Shown here: piece by piece, positions 49,123 to 60,228 of the stretch
Layout: every line of letters starts with the position of its first letter
Numbering within the stretch: the first letter of the stretch is position 1
Assembly: GCA_965140705.1 (NCBI GenBank)
Contig: OZ223302.1
Span: 192,001 to 256,000 of the forward strand
Direction: 5' to 3'
DNA from: an uncultured Arcobacter sp.
GTDB lineage: Bacteria; Campylobacterota; Campylobacteria; Campylobacterales; Arcobacteraceae
Length of the DNA stretch: 64,000 bases
The notes under the pieces: generated by a model
What the model saw: only the letters and a program-made list of their open reading frames with translations
What the model was told of the DNA's origin: nothing
Database searches by the model: none
Program-made: the position numbers and the translations under genes

Positions 49123-50598
49123 ATGACAAATAAAACAATTCTAATCATAACAGATGGTATTGGTCATAATAATTCATCAAATTTTAATGCTTTAAAAAAT
49201 GCAAATACTCCAACTTATGATTATCTATTTAAAAATGTACCTTATTCTTTAATACACACTTATGGAACACATGTTGGTTTACCAGATGGACAGATGGGAA
49301 ATAGTGAAGTAGGACATATGAGTATAGGAAGTGGAAGGGTTTTGTATCAAGATTTGGTAAAAATTAATTTAGCAATCGAAAATAATACATTAAAAGATAA
49401 TGAACTTTTAAGTTCAACTATTGAAAACTCAAATAACATTCATCTTATAGGATTAATTAGTGATGGTGGTGTTCACTCTCATATTAGTCATATAATTGCA
49501 CTTGCTAAAATCTCTAAAAATCTGGGTAAAAAAGTATTTATACATATAATAACTGATGGTAGAGATGTTGCTCCTAATTGTGCTAAAAAATATATAAAAG
49601 AGATAGAAAACATTTGTGATAATGATATCTCTATTGCTACTATTTGTGGAAGATATTATGCAATGGATAGAGATAATAGATGGGATAGAATAAAAAAAGC
49701 ATATGATGCCATTGCTTTAGGTCTTCCAAAAACAAATGAAGATATAAATAAATATATTGATAATTCATATAATAATGATGTTTTAGATGAGTTTATTGTT
49801 CCTGTATCTTTAAACAATTACAAGGGATTTGAAGAAAATGATGGAGTTATCTTTTGTAACTTTAGAAGTGATAGAATGAGAGAAATGTCAAATGCGATAG
49901 CTAATAAAAACTTTTCTCAATTTCCAAGAGTTGAAAAAAATCTAAATATTGCAACAATAACTGAGTATGACAAAAACTTTTCTCTTCCTGTACTTTTTCC
50001 AAAAGAGACTCCTAAAAATACCTTAGCCGAAGTTATTTCTAATAATGGTCTTAAACAACTTCACACAGCTGAAACTGAAAAATATGCCCATGTGACTTTT
50101 TTCTTTAATGGTGGATTGGAAGAGCCTTATTTAAATGAAACTAGAGTATTAATTCCCTCTCCCGATGTTGCTACTTATGATTTAAAACCAGAAATGAGTG
50201 CACCAGAAGTTGGAATAGAAGTTAGACGAGCTATGGATGAAGAGTATGATTTTGTTGTTGTAAACTTTGCAAATGGAGATATGGTAGGACATACTGGTAT
50301 TTATGAAGCAGGTATTAAAGCTGTAGAAGCAGTGGATTTAGAACTAGGCAAAATAATAAAAAAAGCAAAAGAGAAAAACTATAATTTAGTATTAACCTCT
50401 GATCATGGAAATTGTGAAATGATGAGAAATGATGAAGGGGAAACCTTAACAAATCATACAGTAGGAGATGTTTACTGCTTTGTTATATCTGATAAGGTAA
50501 AAGAAGTAAAAGTAGGAAGTTTAAATAATATTGCACCAACTGTATTAAAACTAATGGATATTGAAATTCCTGAAGAAATGGATGAAGCTTTAATATAA
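49123..50598 (+). CDS. gpmI: 2,3-bisphosphoglycerate-independent phosphoglycerate mutase
   Basis: GQMGNSEVGH, AETEKYAHVTFF, DMVGHTG, SDHGN. Confidence 0.97.
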   Translation: MTNKTILIITDGIGHNNSSNFNALKNANTPTYDYLFKNVPYSLIHTYGTHVGLPDGQMGNSEVGHMSIGSGRVLYQDLVKINLAIENNTLKDNELLSSTIENSNNIHLIGLISDGGVHSHISHIIALAKISKNLGKKVFIHIITDGRDVAPNCAKKYIKEIENICDNDISIATICGRYYAMDRDNRWDRIKKAYDAIALGLPKTNEDINKYIDNSYNNDVLDEFIVPVSLNNYKGFEENDGVIFCNFRSDRMREMSNAIANKNFSQFPRVEKNLNIATITEYDKNFSLPVLFPKETPKNTLAEVISNNGLKQLHTAETEKYAHVTFFFNGGLEEPYLNETRVLIPSPDVATYDLKPEMSAPEVGIEVRRAMDEEYDFVVVNFANGDMVGHTGIYEAGIKAVEAVDLELGKIIKKAKEKNYNLVLTSDHGNCEMMRNDEGETLTNHTVGDVYCFVISDKVKEVKVGSLNNIAPTVLKLMDIEIPEEMDEALI

Positions 50599-50607
50599 GT
50601 TTATAAT

Positions 50608-51306
50608 ATGGCAAAAATTATAATTAATAAACTTCAAATTAAAAACAATAACAAAGAGCTAGTTAATTTAAGTTTTGAAATAAATAAATCAATGGCACTA
50701 ATAGGTGAAAGTGGAAGTGGAAAATCACTTACCCTAAAGGCCATTTTAAATCTTTTGCCATCAAATTTAGATTCTTCTATTAATATAGAACCTACAAGTG
50801 AACTTGTTAAAAGTAATATAGGCTTCATACCACAAAATCCATTTACCTCTTTATCTCCAATGACAAAAATTTCTAAACAATTTTTTTGTGAAGAGATAAA
50901 AAAAATAGAATTATTAAAATTAGTTGGATTAGATGAATTTGTTTTAAACAGGTTTCCCACACAATTAAGTGGAGGACAACTCCAAAGAGTTGTAATTGCA
51001 ATTGCAATTAGTCAAGATCCAAGCTTTTTATTACTTGATGAACCAACAACAGCACTTGATACAGAAAATAAAGAGATAATATTACAGCTCTTAGAAAAAT
51101 TAATAAAAGAGTTAGATTTAAAAATATTATATGTCACACATGATATATATTCAATAGAAAATTTATGTGAAGATATTATAATTTTAAAAAATGGTAAAAT
51201 AATAGAAAGTGGTAAAACAAAAGATGTTTTATCCAATCCAAAAGATAAATATACTATTGAATTAATAGATTCAAACTTTATAAATAAAAAATTTAGGGAA
51301 GCATAA
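50608..51306 (+). CDS. ABC transporter ATP-binding protein (peptide/nickel type)
   Basis: GESGSGKS, LSGGQLQR, LDEPTTALD. Confidence 0.9.
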   Translation: MAKIIINKLQIKNNNKELVNLSFEINKSMALIGESGSGKSLTLKAILNLLPSNLDSSINIEPTSELVKSNIGFIPQNPFTSLSPMTKISKQFFCEEIKKIELLKLVGLDEFVLNRFPTQLSGGQLQRVVIAIAISQDPSFLLLDEPTTALDTENKEIILQLLEKLIKELDLKILYVTHDIYSIENLCEDIIILKNGKIIESGKTKDVLSNPKDKYTIELIDSNFINKKFREA

Positions 51307-53375
51307 TGATAAAATATATTTTAGGAATTATTACTATAATTGGACTAGCAGTGGCATCTTGGCTAGTTTATTTATATCTTAATTTAAGATTTGATATAGA
51401 TAAGATAGTTAATTATAAACCACCTTTGACAACTCAGTTTTTTGATAAAAATGGAGAGTTAGTTGCCAATATTTTTGATAAAGAAAATAGATTATACGTA
51501 GATTATGATGATATACCTCCAAGAGTTATTGAAGCACTATTGGCAATTGAAGATACTCAGTTCTTTGAACATGGAGGAATAAATCTTGATGCTATAAGTA
51601 GAGCTTTAATAAAAGATATAAAAGCTGGAAAATTAGTTGAAGGTGCTAGTACATTAACTCAACAATTAGTAAAAACTATTCTACTTACTAGAGAAAAAAA
51701 ACTTATAAGAAAAATAAAAGAAGCACTACTTTCAATTAGAGTTGAACAAGTATTAACAAAAGAACAAATCTTAGAAAGATACTTCAATCAAGTATATTTT
51801 GGTCATGGATACTTTGGTATAAGAACAGCTGCTCTTGGGTACTTTAAAAAAGAACTTTATCAATTATCATTAAAAGAGATTGCTATATTAGTGGGTCTTC
51901 CAAAAGCTCCTAGTTTTTACGATCCAACTAGAAATCTAAAATTCTCACTTGCAAGAGCAAATCAAGTTATAAATAGATTAAAAGCTCTTGGCTGGATAAA
52001 TGAAAGCGAATACCAAGAAGCTACTGATTCTGTACCAACTGTTTATAACCAAACTTTAACTAAAAACAAAGCTCCTTATGTTGTTGATTATGCTTTTAAA
52101 GAGTTGAAAAAAAATATTCCAAATATTAAAGAAGAGGGATATATTATTAATTTAACTATCGATTTAAAAGCACAAGAAATAGCAAGAAAAGCTTTAAATC
52201 TCTCTTATAATAATATTATTAAAAGAGACCAATACTTTAGATCTCAAGCTTTCAAAGGCTTAGACGTTTATCCTATGAGTTTAATCGAAGAACAAGAAGC
52301 ATTTACAAAAACTTTAAATGGTGGATTAATTACAATTGAAAATAACACTGGTAAAATTCTAAGTTTGGTAGGTGGAGTTAATTATAAAGAATCTTCATTC
52401 AACAGGGTTATTCAAAGTAAAAGACAACCAGGAAGTGCAGTAAAACCTTTTATTTATCAACAAGCTTTAGATTTAGGTTATTCACCAGCAAGTCTTATAG
52501 CAGATATTTCAAGAACTTATGAATTTGATGATGAAGAGACAAAAAAAGCAAATACAGAAAACCCAGATGTAAATGAAGTAGATCCTCAAGCAACAGATGA
52601 AACAGAAGAAGATACAAGTAAAAAAAGATGGCAACCTAAAAATTATGAAGAAGATTATAAAGGATTAATTACTTTAAGAGAAGCACTCGTTCACTCACGA
52701 AACCTTGCAACTATTAATTTAGTAAATGATATAGGTATTGACGTTATTTATAAGGGATTAAAAGCATATGGACTTAATGATTTACCATTTGATTTATCTA
52801 TTACTTTAGGAAGTTTTGGTGTTTCACCAATGGAGTTCTCACAAGCTTACTCGATGTTTTCAAATGGTGGAATTCAAGTAAAACCTTATATTGTAAGTTC
52901 TATAACAAATAGATATAAACAAACTGTAAATTTTGAACCTGAAGAGAAGTTCATAACAACTCCTGAACAATCTTTTCTAATGACAACTATATTAGAAGAT
53001 GTAGTAAAAAGAGGTACAGGAAGAATGGCAAATGTAGATGGTATAGAAATAGCAGGTAAAACTGGAACTTCAAATAACAATGTTGATGCATGGTTTTGTG
53101 GATATACTCCTACTTTACAAACAATTATTTGGTTTGGGAATGATGATAATAAACCAATGAGAAAAAGTGAGACAGGGGGAAGAGCTGCAGGTCCAGCTTT
53201 TGCATATTTTTATAAAAATTATTTAAAACTTCATCCTGAAATTAAAAGAAACTTTACACAACCAGCAAATGTAAAAACTACTACATTAAATGGACAAAAA
53301 GAGTACTACACAGAAACTTCAAAACTTCCATTAAATAAAACAAGACTTCTAGAAAAAAATCAAATACAATTTTAA
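51306..53375 (+). CDS. Penicillin-binding protein 1A (class A)
   Basis: EDTQFFEHGG, GASTLTQQ, SAVK, SRN, KTGT. Confidence 0.95.
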   Translation: MIKYILGIITIIGLAVASWLVYLYLNLRFDIDKIVNYKPPLTTQFFDKNGELVANIFDKENRLYVDYDDIPPRVIEALLAIEDTQFFEHGGINLDAISRALIKDIKAGKLVEGASTLTQQLVKTILLTREKKLIRKIKEALLSIRVEQVLTKEQILERYFNQVYFGHGYFGIRTAALGYFKKELYQLSLKEIAILVGLPKAPSFYDPTRNLKFSLARANQVINRLKALGWINESEYQEATDSVPTVYNQTLTKNKAPYVVDYAFKELKKNIPNIKEEGYIINLTIDLKAQEIARKALNLSYNNIIKRDQYFRSQAFKGLDVYPMSLIEEQEAFTKTLNGGLITIENNTGKILSLVGGVNYKESSFNRVIQSKRQPGSAVKPFIYQQALDLGYSPASLIADISRTYEFDDEETKKANTENPDVNEVDPQATDETEEDTSKKRWQPKNYEEDYKGLITLREALVHSRNLATINLVNDIGIDVIYKGLKAYGLNDLPFDLSITLGSFGVSPMEFSQAYSMFSNGGIQVKPYIVSSITNRYKQTVNFEPEEKFITTPEQSFLMTTILEDVVKRGTGRMANVDGIEIAGKTGTSNNNVDAWFCGYTPTLQTIIWFGNDDNKPMRKSETGGRAAGPAFAYFYKNYLKLHPEIKRNFTQPANVKTTTLNGQKEYYTETSKLPLNKTRLLEKNQIQF

Positions 53376-53387
53376 AAATTAAGCATA

Positions 53388-53418
53388 AAAAAAAGCTTGG
53401 CTAAAAAGCCAAGCTTTT
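53388..53418. terminator. Bidirectional terminator between convergent PBP1A gene and glnA
   Basis: aaaagcttggct/agccaagctttt. Confidence 0.85.
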
Positions 53419-53436
53419 AAAAACTTATTCTTGTTA

Positions 53437-54864
53437 TTAACAAGAATAAGTACTCATAAATTCAAATGCAGTTGGTCTAGCTTCATCAGGCCATACTTGA
53501 GTTTCAAATTTGTAATGTTGATAAGTATCAATCATATCTTGTGTAAATACTGGTTTTAAGAAATCATTATCTCTAATTAATGCTTCTAATGAACCTCTTA
53601 ATGTATGAGGCATTTGAGGGATTTTTCTCTCTCTAATTTCATCTAAAGGCATTTCAAATAAATCTTCATCCATTGGACCAATTGGTTCAACTTTATTAGC
53701 AATACCATCAAGCCCAGCCATTAACATTGCTGCAAATCCTAAATAAGGACAAGAAGTAGAATCTGGGAATCTCATTTCAATTCTAGTAGCTTTTTCACCT
53801 GCTCCATAAGGAACTCTACAAGAAGCTGATCTATTTTGAGAAGAGTAAGTTAAGATTGAAGGAGCTTCAAATCCTGGAATTAATCTTTTATAAGAGTTAG
53901 TTGATGGGTTAGTAAATGCAGCAACTGCTCTTGCATGTTTAAAAATTCCACCAACATAATGTCTAGCAGTTTCAGAAAGATTTCCATACTCACCCTCTTT
54001 GTAGAATAAGTTTTTACCTTCTTTCCAAATTGATTGGTGTACGTGCATACCATTACCATTATCACCATAAAGTGGTTTTGGCATAAATGTACAAGTTTTA
54101 CCATTTAAGTGTGCAACCATTTTACAAACATATTTATATTTTTGAACATTATCAGCAGCTTCAATTAAGTCACCAAAAACAACACCAATTTCACCTTGAG
54201 CTTGTGCAACTTCATGGTGTCCTAAAACAACTTCTAAACCAACTTGCTCTAAAACTAACATCATTTCAGCTCTTAAATCAACCATTGAATCTGTTGGTTG
54301 AACTGGGAAGTACCCACCTTTAGTTCTTGGTCTATGTCCGATGTTTCCGCCTTCGATTTCTCTTGAATCTGCCCAACAACCCTCTTCAGAGTCAACTCTA
54401 TAATAAGATTCATTAATACTATCTATAATTTTCACATCATCAAAAATAAAGAATTCATTTTCAGGTCCAAAGTAAGCAACATCACCTACACCAGATTCAC
54501 TTAAATGAGTTAATGCTTTTTTAGCAATAGATCTTGGACATTTCTCATATAATTCACCTTTGTAAATATCATAAACATCACAAATTACAATGATTGTTGA
54601 ATCTGCAGTAAAAGGATCTAGAAATGCAGTACCTACATCTGGTTTTAATAACATATCTGATTTATTAATTGGTTGCCATGCATCAACAGATGAACCATCA
54701 AAAGGTAAACCATTTGTTAAATTACCTTCATTAACTGCACTTAACATATATGTTAAATGATGCCACATTCCTTTCATATCTGTAAATCTAAAATCTACAA
54801 ACTTAACTTCATTTTCTTCACAATATTTAAAAAACTCTTCAGTATTGTTAACAAATTTACCCAT
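53437..54864 (-). CDS. glnA: Glutamine synthetase type I
   Basis: [38 protein letters not shown]. Confidence 0.98.
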   Translation of the reverse strand: MGKFVNNTEEFFKYCEENEVKFVDFRFTDMKGMWHHLTYMLSAVNEGNLTNGLPFDGSSVDAWQPINKSDMLLKPDVGTAFLDPFTADSTIIVICDVYDIYKGELYEKCPRSIAKKALTHLSESGVGDVAYFGPENEFFIFDDVKIIDSINESYYRVDSEEGCWADSREIEGGNIGHRPRTKGGYFPVQPTDSMVDLRAEMMLVLEQVGLEVVLGHHEVAQAQGEIGVVFGDLIEAADNVQKYKYVCKMVAHLNGKTCTFMPKPLYGDNGNGMHVHQSIWKEGKNLFYKEGEYGNLSETARHYVGGIFKHARAVAAFTNPSTNSYKRLIPGFEAPSILTYSSQNRSASCRVPYGAGEKATRIEMRFPDSTSCPYLGFAAMLMAGLDGIANKVEPIGPMDEDLFEMPLDEIRERKIPQMPHTLRGSLEALIRDNDFLKPVFTQDMIDTYQHYKFETQVWPDEARPTAFEFMSTYSC

Positions 54865-54989
54865 GTAATAATCTCCTGATATTTTAATTTATCATATCTT
54901 ATCAAAATAAAGTTTATAAATTCCAAAATTTTTGTATAAAAAATAAACATTTATTATATTACTTAAAAGATATTTTATAAAACTTCTGG

Positions 54990-55772
54990 TTAAAAACTAA
55001 CCAACTTCCTATCTCTACTCTCATACGTTGCAACTTTTGTAAAACCAAAAGATTTTACATAATTTATTACTTCTTCATACTTAAAACCTATTTGGTCAAC
55101 ACTATGTGCATCAGAACTAAGTGTTATAGGAATATCAAGTTCATAAACCAATTCTAAAATATCTTTTGAAGGATAAATTTCTTTTATTGGTTTTCTCAAT
55201 CCTGCTGCATTTATTTCTATTGTCATATTAGATTTTTTTATCTCTTTAAGGGCATTTTTTGCTATTTTTTTTACATCTTTTTTAGGTAGATACTTAAATA
55301 TCTTTATTAAATCAATATGTCCAACAATGTCAAAATGCTTTGACTTTGCAAGGGCTTGAACTGTATCAAAGTAATCTTGCCAAATCTTATCAATATCACT
55401 ATTTTCATATTTACCAATAAATTCTGGGTTATCAAAACCCCAACCATCTAAAAAGTGTACAGAACCTATGAGATAATCAACTTTAGCATTTAAAATCTCA
55501 TCTAGCATTTTTATATTTTGCATAAAATCAACTTCATATGCCAATAAAATTTTTATTTGATTTTTATACTTTTCTTGTAGTTTTTTAACTTCATTTTCAT
55601 AATAATCTTTTTGAGAAATATTAAGTCTATATTCCTCATCAAAGTCCATAGGAGCATGTTCAGAAAAACCAAATTCATCAATTCCTAATTCAATTGCCCT
55701 TATTACATACTCTTCCATTGTTCCAGTAGCATGGTTACAAAGTGTTGTATGATTATGCAAATCTACTCTCAT
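54990..55772 (-). CDS. Histidinol-phosphatase, PHP/HisJ family
   Basis: DLHNHT..CNHA, SEH, GSVH, GHID, SSDAH. Confidence 0.88.
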   Translation of the reverse strand: MRVDLHNHTTLCNHATGTMEEYVIRAIELGIDEFGFSEHAPMDFDEEYRLNISQKDYYENEVKKLQEKYKNQIKILLAYEVDFMQNIKMLDEILNAKVDYLIGSVHFLDGWGFDNPEFIGKYENSDIDKIWQDYFDTVQALAKSKHFDIVGHIDLIKIFKYLPKKDVKKIAKNALKEIKKSNMTIEINAAGLRKPIKEIYPSKDILELVYELDIPITLSSDAHSVDQIGFKYEEVINYVKSFGFTKVATYESRDRKLVSF

Positions 55773-56221
55773 GCCAATATACCAGAACCCTCTATTTTAG
55801 TACTTCTTTCTTGGGCATAAACTCTTTTACCATCCAAAATATCATATTTCCAAATGGGAGCAGACTTTTTAAAATCTTCCACAAATTCATCTATTAATTC
55901 TAAAGCAACTCTTCTTTTAGGAGAACAAACAGCTGCAATATATGAACTTTCATGATTAAGAACATCTCCTCTGCTATGAGCCATAAGTACAATTGCATTT
56001 TGTGCATTTGCCTTCTCTTGCCAAGAATTAAACCAATTATTTAAAATTGGTTCATAAATATCAAAAGATAAACCCTCAATCCCATCTTCATCCCTTACAA
56101 CTCCCACAAAAGTAATAATTGCACCAAAATTGGAACTTTTAAACTTTTCATACCAAGTATTTGTAATTTGCTCAACAGGCAAAGACCCATCAAATAATTG
56201 TAATTTATTATCACTATTCAT
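55769..56221 (-). CDS. moaE: Molybdopterin synthase catalytic subunit
   Basis: GAIITFVGVVR, FKKSAPIWK. Confidence 0.93.
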   Translation of the reverse strand: MNSDNKLQLFDGSLPVEQITNTWYEKFKSSNFGAIITFVGVVRDEDGIEGLSFDIYEPILNNWFNSWQEKANAQNAIVLMAHSRGDVLNHESSYIAAVCSPKRRVALELIDEFVEDFKKSAPIWKYDILDGKRVYAQERSTKIEGSGILA

Positions 56222-56250
56222 TATTCATTATTCACTTTTCATTAATTTTT

Positions 56251-56472
56251 TCATCCACCACAAACAGGAGGCAATAAAGATACTTTATCTCCACTACTTA
56301 ACACAACATCTTTTGAACTAACCATAGTGTCATTTACTGCAACTGCACAGTTTTCAAGCCACTTTACCATATCTTGGTCATCTTTTAAAAATATACTTAA
56401 CTCTGATAAATTTTTTATATCTAAAGTGAGTGGTTTTTTATTAATTGGTCCTAAAAATTCTATAGTTACCAC
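56251..56472 (-). CDS. moaD: Molybdopterin synthase sulfur carrier
   Basis: AVAVND, C-terminal PPVCGG. Confidence 0.93.
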   Translation of the reverse strand: MVTIEFLGPINKKPLTLDIKNLSELSIFLKDDQDMVKWLENCAVAVNDTMVSSKDVVLSSGDKVSLLPPVCGG

Positions 56473-56535
56473 TTTAACTCCTTTTTACTAATTTTTAATT
56501 ATTATATCAAAACTATTTTAAAGGAAAACAAATAA

Positions 56536-57192
56536 ATGATATTTGCAAAAATCGATTATATAAATTTATTACCTTTTCACGTATATTTTAAAAAATATAT
56601 TAAACCGGCAAAATTAAAAGCAATTGTTAATTCTAAAAAATCATATCCGTCTGATATTAATAAAAAATTTTTAAATAGAAAAGTTGATGCAGCTTTTATT
56701 TCTTCAATCAAATCAAAAGGTCAAAAATCATTAGATTTTGGAATAATAGGGAAAAAAGAGATACTTTCAGTGTTATCAATTCCAGGTGATTATAAAGAAG
56801 ACCATGAGTCAAACACTTCTAACTTATTAGCAAAAATTTTGCAATGTGAAGGACAAGTTCTAATAGGAGACAAAGCTTTAAAATATTATGTTAGTCATGA
56901 TAAAGATAGCTTTGTAGATTTGGGTAAACTTTGGACAAAAAAACATAACCTACCCTTTGTTTTTGCAAGACTTTGCTATAACAGGCATGGGGATTATTTA
57001 AAAAAATTAACTAAAAACTTCAATAAAAGAGCAGTAAAAATTCCTCAGTATATTCTAAAAGAGTATTCACAAAGAACAGGTATTTCAGTAAAAGATATAC
57101 AATTTTATCTTACAAAGCTCGATTATAAAATAGAAAAAAAAGAGAAAAAAGGATTAAACCTTTTTTTCAAACTTGCAAAAGATATAAAATAA
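56536..57192 (+). CDS. mqnA: Chorismate dehydratase MqnA-like (futalosine menaquinone pathway)
   Basis: IDYINLLP, SNTS, LIGDKAL, DLGKLW, LPFVFA. Confidence 0.85.
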   Translation: MIFAKIDYINLLPFHVYFKKYIKPAKLKAIVNSKKSYPSDINKKFLNRKVDAAFISSIKSKGQKSLDFGIIGKKEILSVLSIPGDYKEDHESNTSNLLAKILQCEGQVLIGDKALKYYVSHDKDSFVDLGKLWTKKHNLPFVFARLCYNRHGDYLKKLTKNFNKRAVKIPQYILKEYSQRTGISVKDIQFYLTKLDYKIEKKEKKGLNLFFKLAKDIK

Positions 57193-57201
57193 AGGTAAAA
57201 G

Positions 57202-57969
57202 ATGCAAATTTTTGATTCAATTGTATTAGGTGTAATAGAAGGATTTACAGAATTTTTACCTATCTCTTCTACGGGACATTTAATTGTAGCAAGTGAATTT
57301 TTAGGATTAAAACAAGATAGTGTAAATAAAGCTTACGAAGTAATAATCCAATTTGCTGCAATTTTAGCAGTTATCTTAAACTATCCAGACAAATTTTCAA
57401 TTAAAAAGATTGAATTATGGAAAAAATTGATTTTAGCTTTTATTCCAATTGGTGCCATAGGGTTTCTTTTTTCACATCAAGTAAAAGCTATGTTTTCAAT
57501 AGAAATAGTGGCAACTATGTTTATCATTGGTGGAATTGTTTTTTTAATTGTAGAAAAATTTTATGATGAAAAAAAATCCCATATAACAGATGTGGAACAA
57601 GTAACTTACAAACAAGCTTTATACATAGGAATTGCACAAATATTTGCCCTTATTCCTGGAACTTCAAGAGCTGGTTCTACAATAATAGGAGCTATGTTAG
57701 TTGGACTAAATCGAAAGGCTAGTGCTGAGTTTTCTTTTCTTTTAGCTTTTCCTGTTATGTGTGCAACTACTGGTTATGATATATTAAAACATTATAAAGA
57801 TTTCACTGATGCAAATCTTATGATTTTAGCTATTGGTTTTGTAGTCGCATTCATTGTAGCTTTTTTAACAATTAAACTGTTTTTAAAATTTTTACAAAAC
57901 TTTACTTTTGTTGCTTTTGGTATCTATAGAATTATATTTGGTGTAATCTTACTTTTGATTTTCACTTAA
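57202..57969 (+). CDS. uppP: Undecaprenyl-diphosphate phosphatase
   Basis: [28 protein letters not shown]. Confidence 0.96.
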   Translation: MQIFDSIVLGVIEGFTEFLPISSTGHLIVASEFLGLKQDSVNKAYEVIIQFAAILAVILNYPDKFSIKKIELWKKLILAFIPIGAIGFLFSHQVKAMFSIEIVATMFIIGGIVFLIVEKFYDEKKSHITDVEQVTYKQALYIGIAQIFALIPGTSRAGSTIIGAMLVGLNRKASAEFSFLLAFPVMCATTGYDILKHYKDFTDANLMILAIGFVVAFIVAFLTIKLFLKFLQNFTFVAFGIYRIIFGVILLLIFT

Positions 57970-58983
57970 TATAAAATCTATTATTTTTTTAATTGCATCA
58001 TTTGAAATCAATGTTGATAGATTTTCAGATATAGATTTTATATCACTATTAATAGCTTGAAATAAAATATCTTTATTTAACTCTTTTTCCCTAACTAAAA
58101 ATGCAAGTTTTTTCTCTTTTAAAAACTTTGCATTTCCATATTGATGATCTTGTGCAGCATAAGGGAAAGGAACAAAAAGTGTAGGTAGACCATTTGCCAC
58201 CAGTTCCCACAATGTTGAAGCCCCAGATCTACTTATTGCAAAATCTGCTTCTTTCATTTTCTCAATTAATTCATTTGTAAAATCAAAAACATCTACATCT
58301 AAACCCAATTTTTCATATTCACTTTTAACTCTTAAAAAATCCCTATCTCCAGTTTGATGAATAATTTTAATTCCCATATCATCTAAATCTTTTGCAACAC
58401 TTATTGCAAAACTATTAAGGGCAACAGCACCTTGTGAACCACCTAAAAAAATCACTTTTTTTACTTCAGTTCTTATTCTTGAATTCAAAAAGAACTCAGA
58501 GCTTACTGGATAATCTTTTATTTTAGACTCTTCTAAATATGAAGAAAAAACTTCAATTGCAAATTTTGAAGTAAGTTTATTCAATCTACCCATATAAGAG
58601 TTTTGTTCATGTATATATAATTTACAAGAGGGAATTAATATTGAAGCAAAAGTTGCAGGAGCAGCAGAAAAACCACCTACACTAATCACACTCTTTACAT
58701 CATTTTTTATAAAATAAATACAACATTTAAATGTTTGAAATAGAATTTGTCCCAAGGCTTTGATTTTTCCAAACAAGCCTTTATTAACTACACCTCTAGT
58801 ATTTAAAAAATATGCCTTCTCTACATTTTTATAATCACTGAACCATTTTTTATCTTGCCCATTTATTGAACCTATAAAGATGGGTTTACTATTTCTATTA
58901 ATAGCCAATTCATCAATAAATGCTTTTGCAACTTTTAAATGACCACCAGTACCACCACCAGTGATTACAATTTTTCCACTCAT
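57949..58983 (-). CDS. murG: Lipid II GlcNAc transferase
   Basis: GGGTGGH, HEQN, GGSQGA, SRSGAST, HQYGNA. Confidence 0.96.
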   Translation of the reverse strand: MSGKIVITGGGTGGHLKVAKAFIDELAINRNSKPIFIGSINGQDKKWFSDYKNVEKAYFLNTRGVVNKGLFGKIKALGQILFQTFKCCIYFIKNDVKSVISVGGFSAAPATFASILIPSCKLYIHEQNSYMGRLNKLTSKFAIEVFSSYLEESKIKDYPVSSEFFLNSRIRTEVKKVIFLGGSQGAVALNSFAISVAKDLDDMGIKIIHQTGDRDFLRVKSEYEKLGLDVDVFDFTNELIEKMKEADFAISRSGASTLWELVANGLPTLFVPFPYAAQDHQYGNAKFLKEKKLAFLVREKELNKDILFQAINSDIKSISENLSTLISNDAIKKIIDFILSENQK

Positions 58984-60200
58984 TTTTTTCTCTCTTCTTT
59001 TGCTAATTTACTTATTGATAAAATTAAACCTATGGATATCCCAAGACTAAGCATAGAAGAACCACCATAACTTAAAAATGGAACAGCAATCCCTTTAATT
59101 GGTATCATTCCTGATATTCCATAAGAATTAATTAAAAAGGCAATAATAATCATCAATCCTAATCCTAAAGTAAATAGATGATAAATAGGATTTTCTACTC
59201 TTTTACTTATTCTAAATATTCTCCAAACAATCACATACATAATAGCACTTACAATAAATAGACCTAAAAAACCAGCTTCTTCAGTAATACCAGCTAAAAT
59301 AAAGTCAGTATGAACTTCCGATAAAAATCCCAATTTTAAATTACCTTGTCCCAAACCTGTACCAAAAAATCCACCATTATGAATAGCATTTAAAGAGTGA
59401 GACACCTGATAAGGTTCTGGTAATTCTTCAATTCTAAGATGTTCATCAGCCCATTTTGGAAGTATTGATAATATCTTATCTTGATTTAGTGCCCACCAAG
59501 AATAGATTCTTTGTACCCTATGTGGTGCAGCTAAGATTAGAGATACAAATCCAATAACAATTAAAAACCCTAATGCTAAAAATATTTTAAAACTTCTATT
59601 CGCAAAAATTAATAGAATAACTAGAATTAGACCTAATAAAACAACTTGACCTAAATCTTTTTGCAAAAAAGCTACTAAAAACACTACAAGTAAAAAAGCT
59701 ACAAAATATGGTAGTAATAAGATACTTTCTTCTTTTAAACCCATTTTTTTAGGCTTATCCATAACTCTTCTATGAAATGACCAAGCAAGAAAATAGATAA
59801 ATCCTATTTTGAAAAACTCAACAGGAGATAAAGAAAAACCAGGAAGTCTAATCCATCTATTTGCTCCCCCTGAACTTGTTACCATAGAAGCTGGCAAAAA
59901 TGGCATAGCAATCATTAAAATTAAAAAAAGTATAAATAAAAACATTCCTACTTTTCCAATAATAAAATCGGGATTAAAAAATGAAATTCCCCACATCAAA
60001 AATATTGACAAGACACCCACTAACAGCTGTCTCTCAAAGAAATGATATTGAGAATAATCATAAAATACAACAGTATAAACACTTAATGAATATGAAAAAA
60101 TTATACTCACAATTACTAATAATGATGCCAATATAAACAGCAAATAGTCTGGTTCTGAAAAGTTCTGATTTGATTTAAACATTTTTTGGATAAAATTCAT
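58980..60200 (-). CDS. ftsW: SEDS protein FtsW
   Basis: GANRWI, PVEFFK, QKDLG, EVHTDFI, PFLSYGGSS; upstream of murG. Confidence 0.92.
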   Translation of the reverse strand: MNFIQKMFKSNQNFSEPDYLLFILASLLVIVSIIFSYSLSVYTVVFYDYSQYHFFERQLLVGVLSIFLMWGISFFNPDFIIGKVGMFLFILFLILMIAMPFLPASMVTSSGGANRWIRLPGFSLSPVEFFKIGFIYFLAWSFHRRVMDKPKKMGLKEESILLLPYFVAFLLVVFLVAFLQKDLGQVVLLGLILVILLIFANRSFKIFLALGFLIVIGFVSLILAAPHRVQRIYSWWALNQDKILSILPKWADEHLRIEELPEPYQVSHSLNAIHNGGFFGTGLGQGNLKLGFLSEVHTDFILAGITEEAGFLGLFIVSAIMYVIVWRIFRISKRVENPIYHLFTLGLGLMIIIAFLINSYGISGMIPIKGIAVPFLSYGGSSMLSLGISIGLILSISKLAKEERKK

Positions 60201-60228
60201 TTCACATTATAATCTAATATGGATAAAG

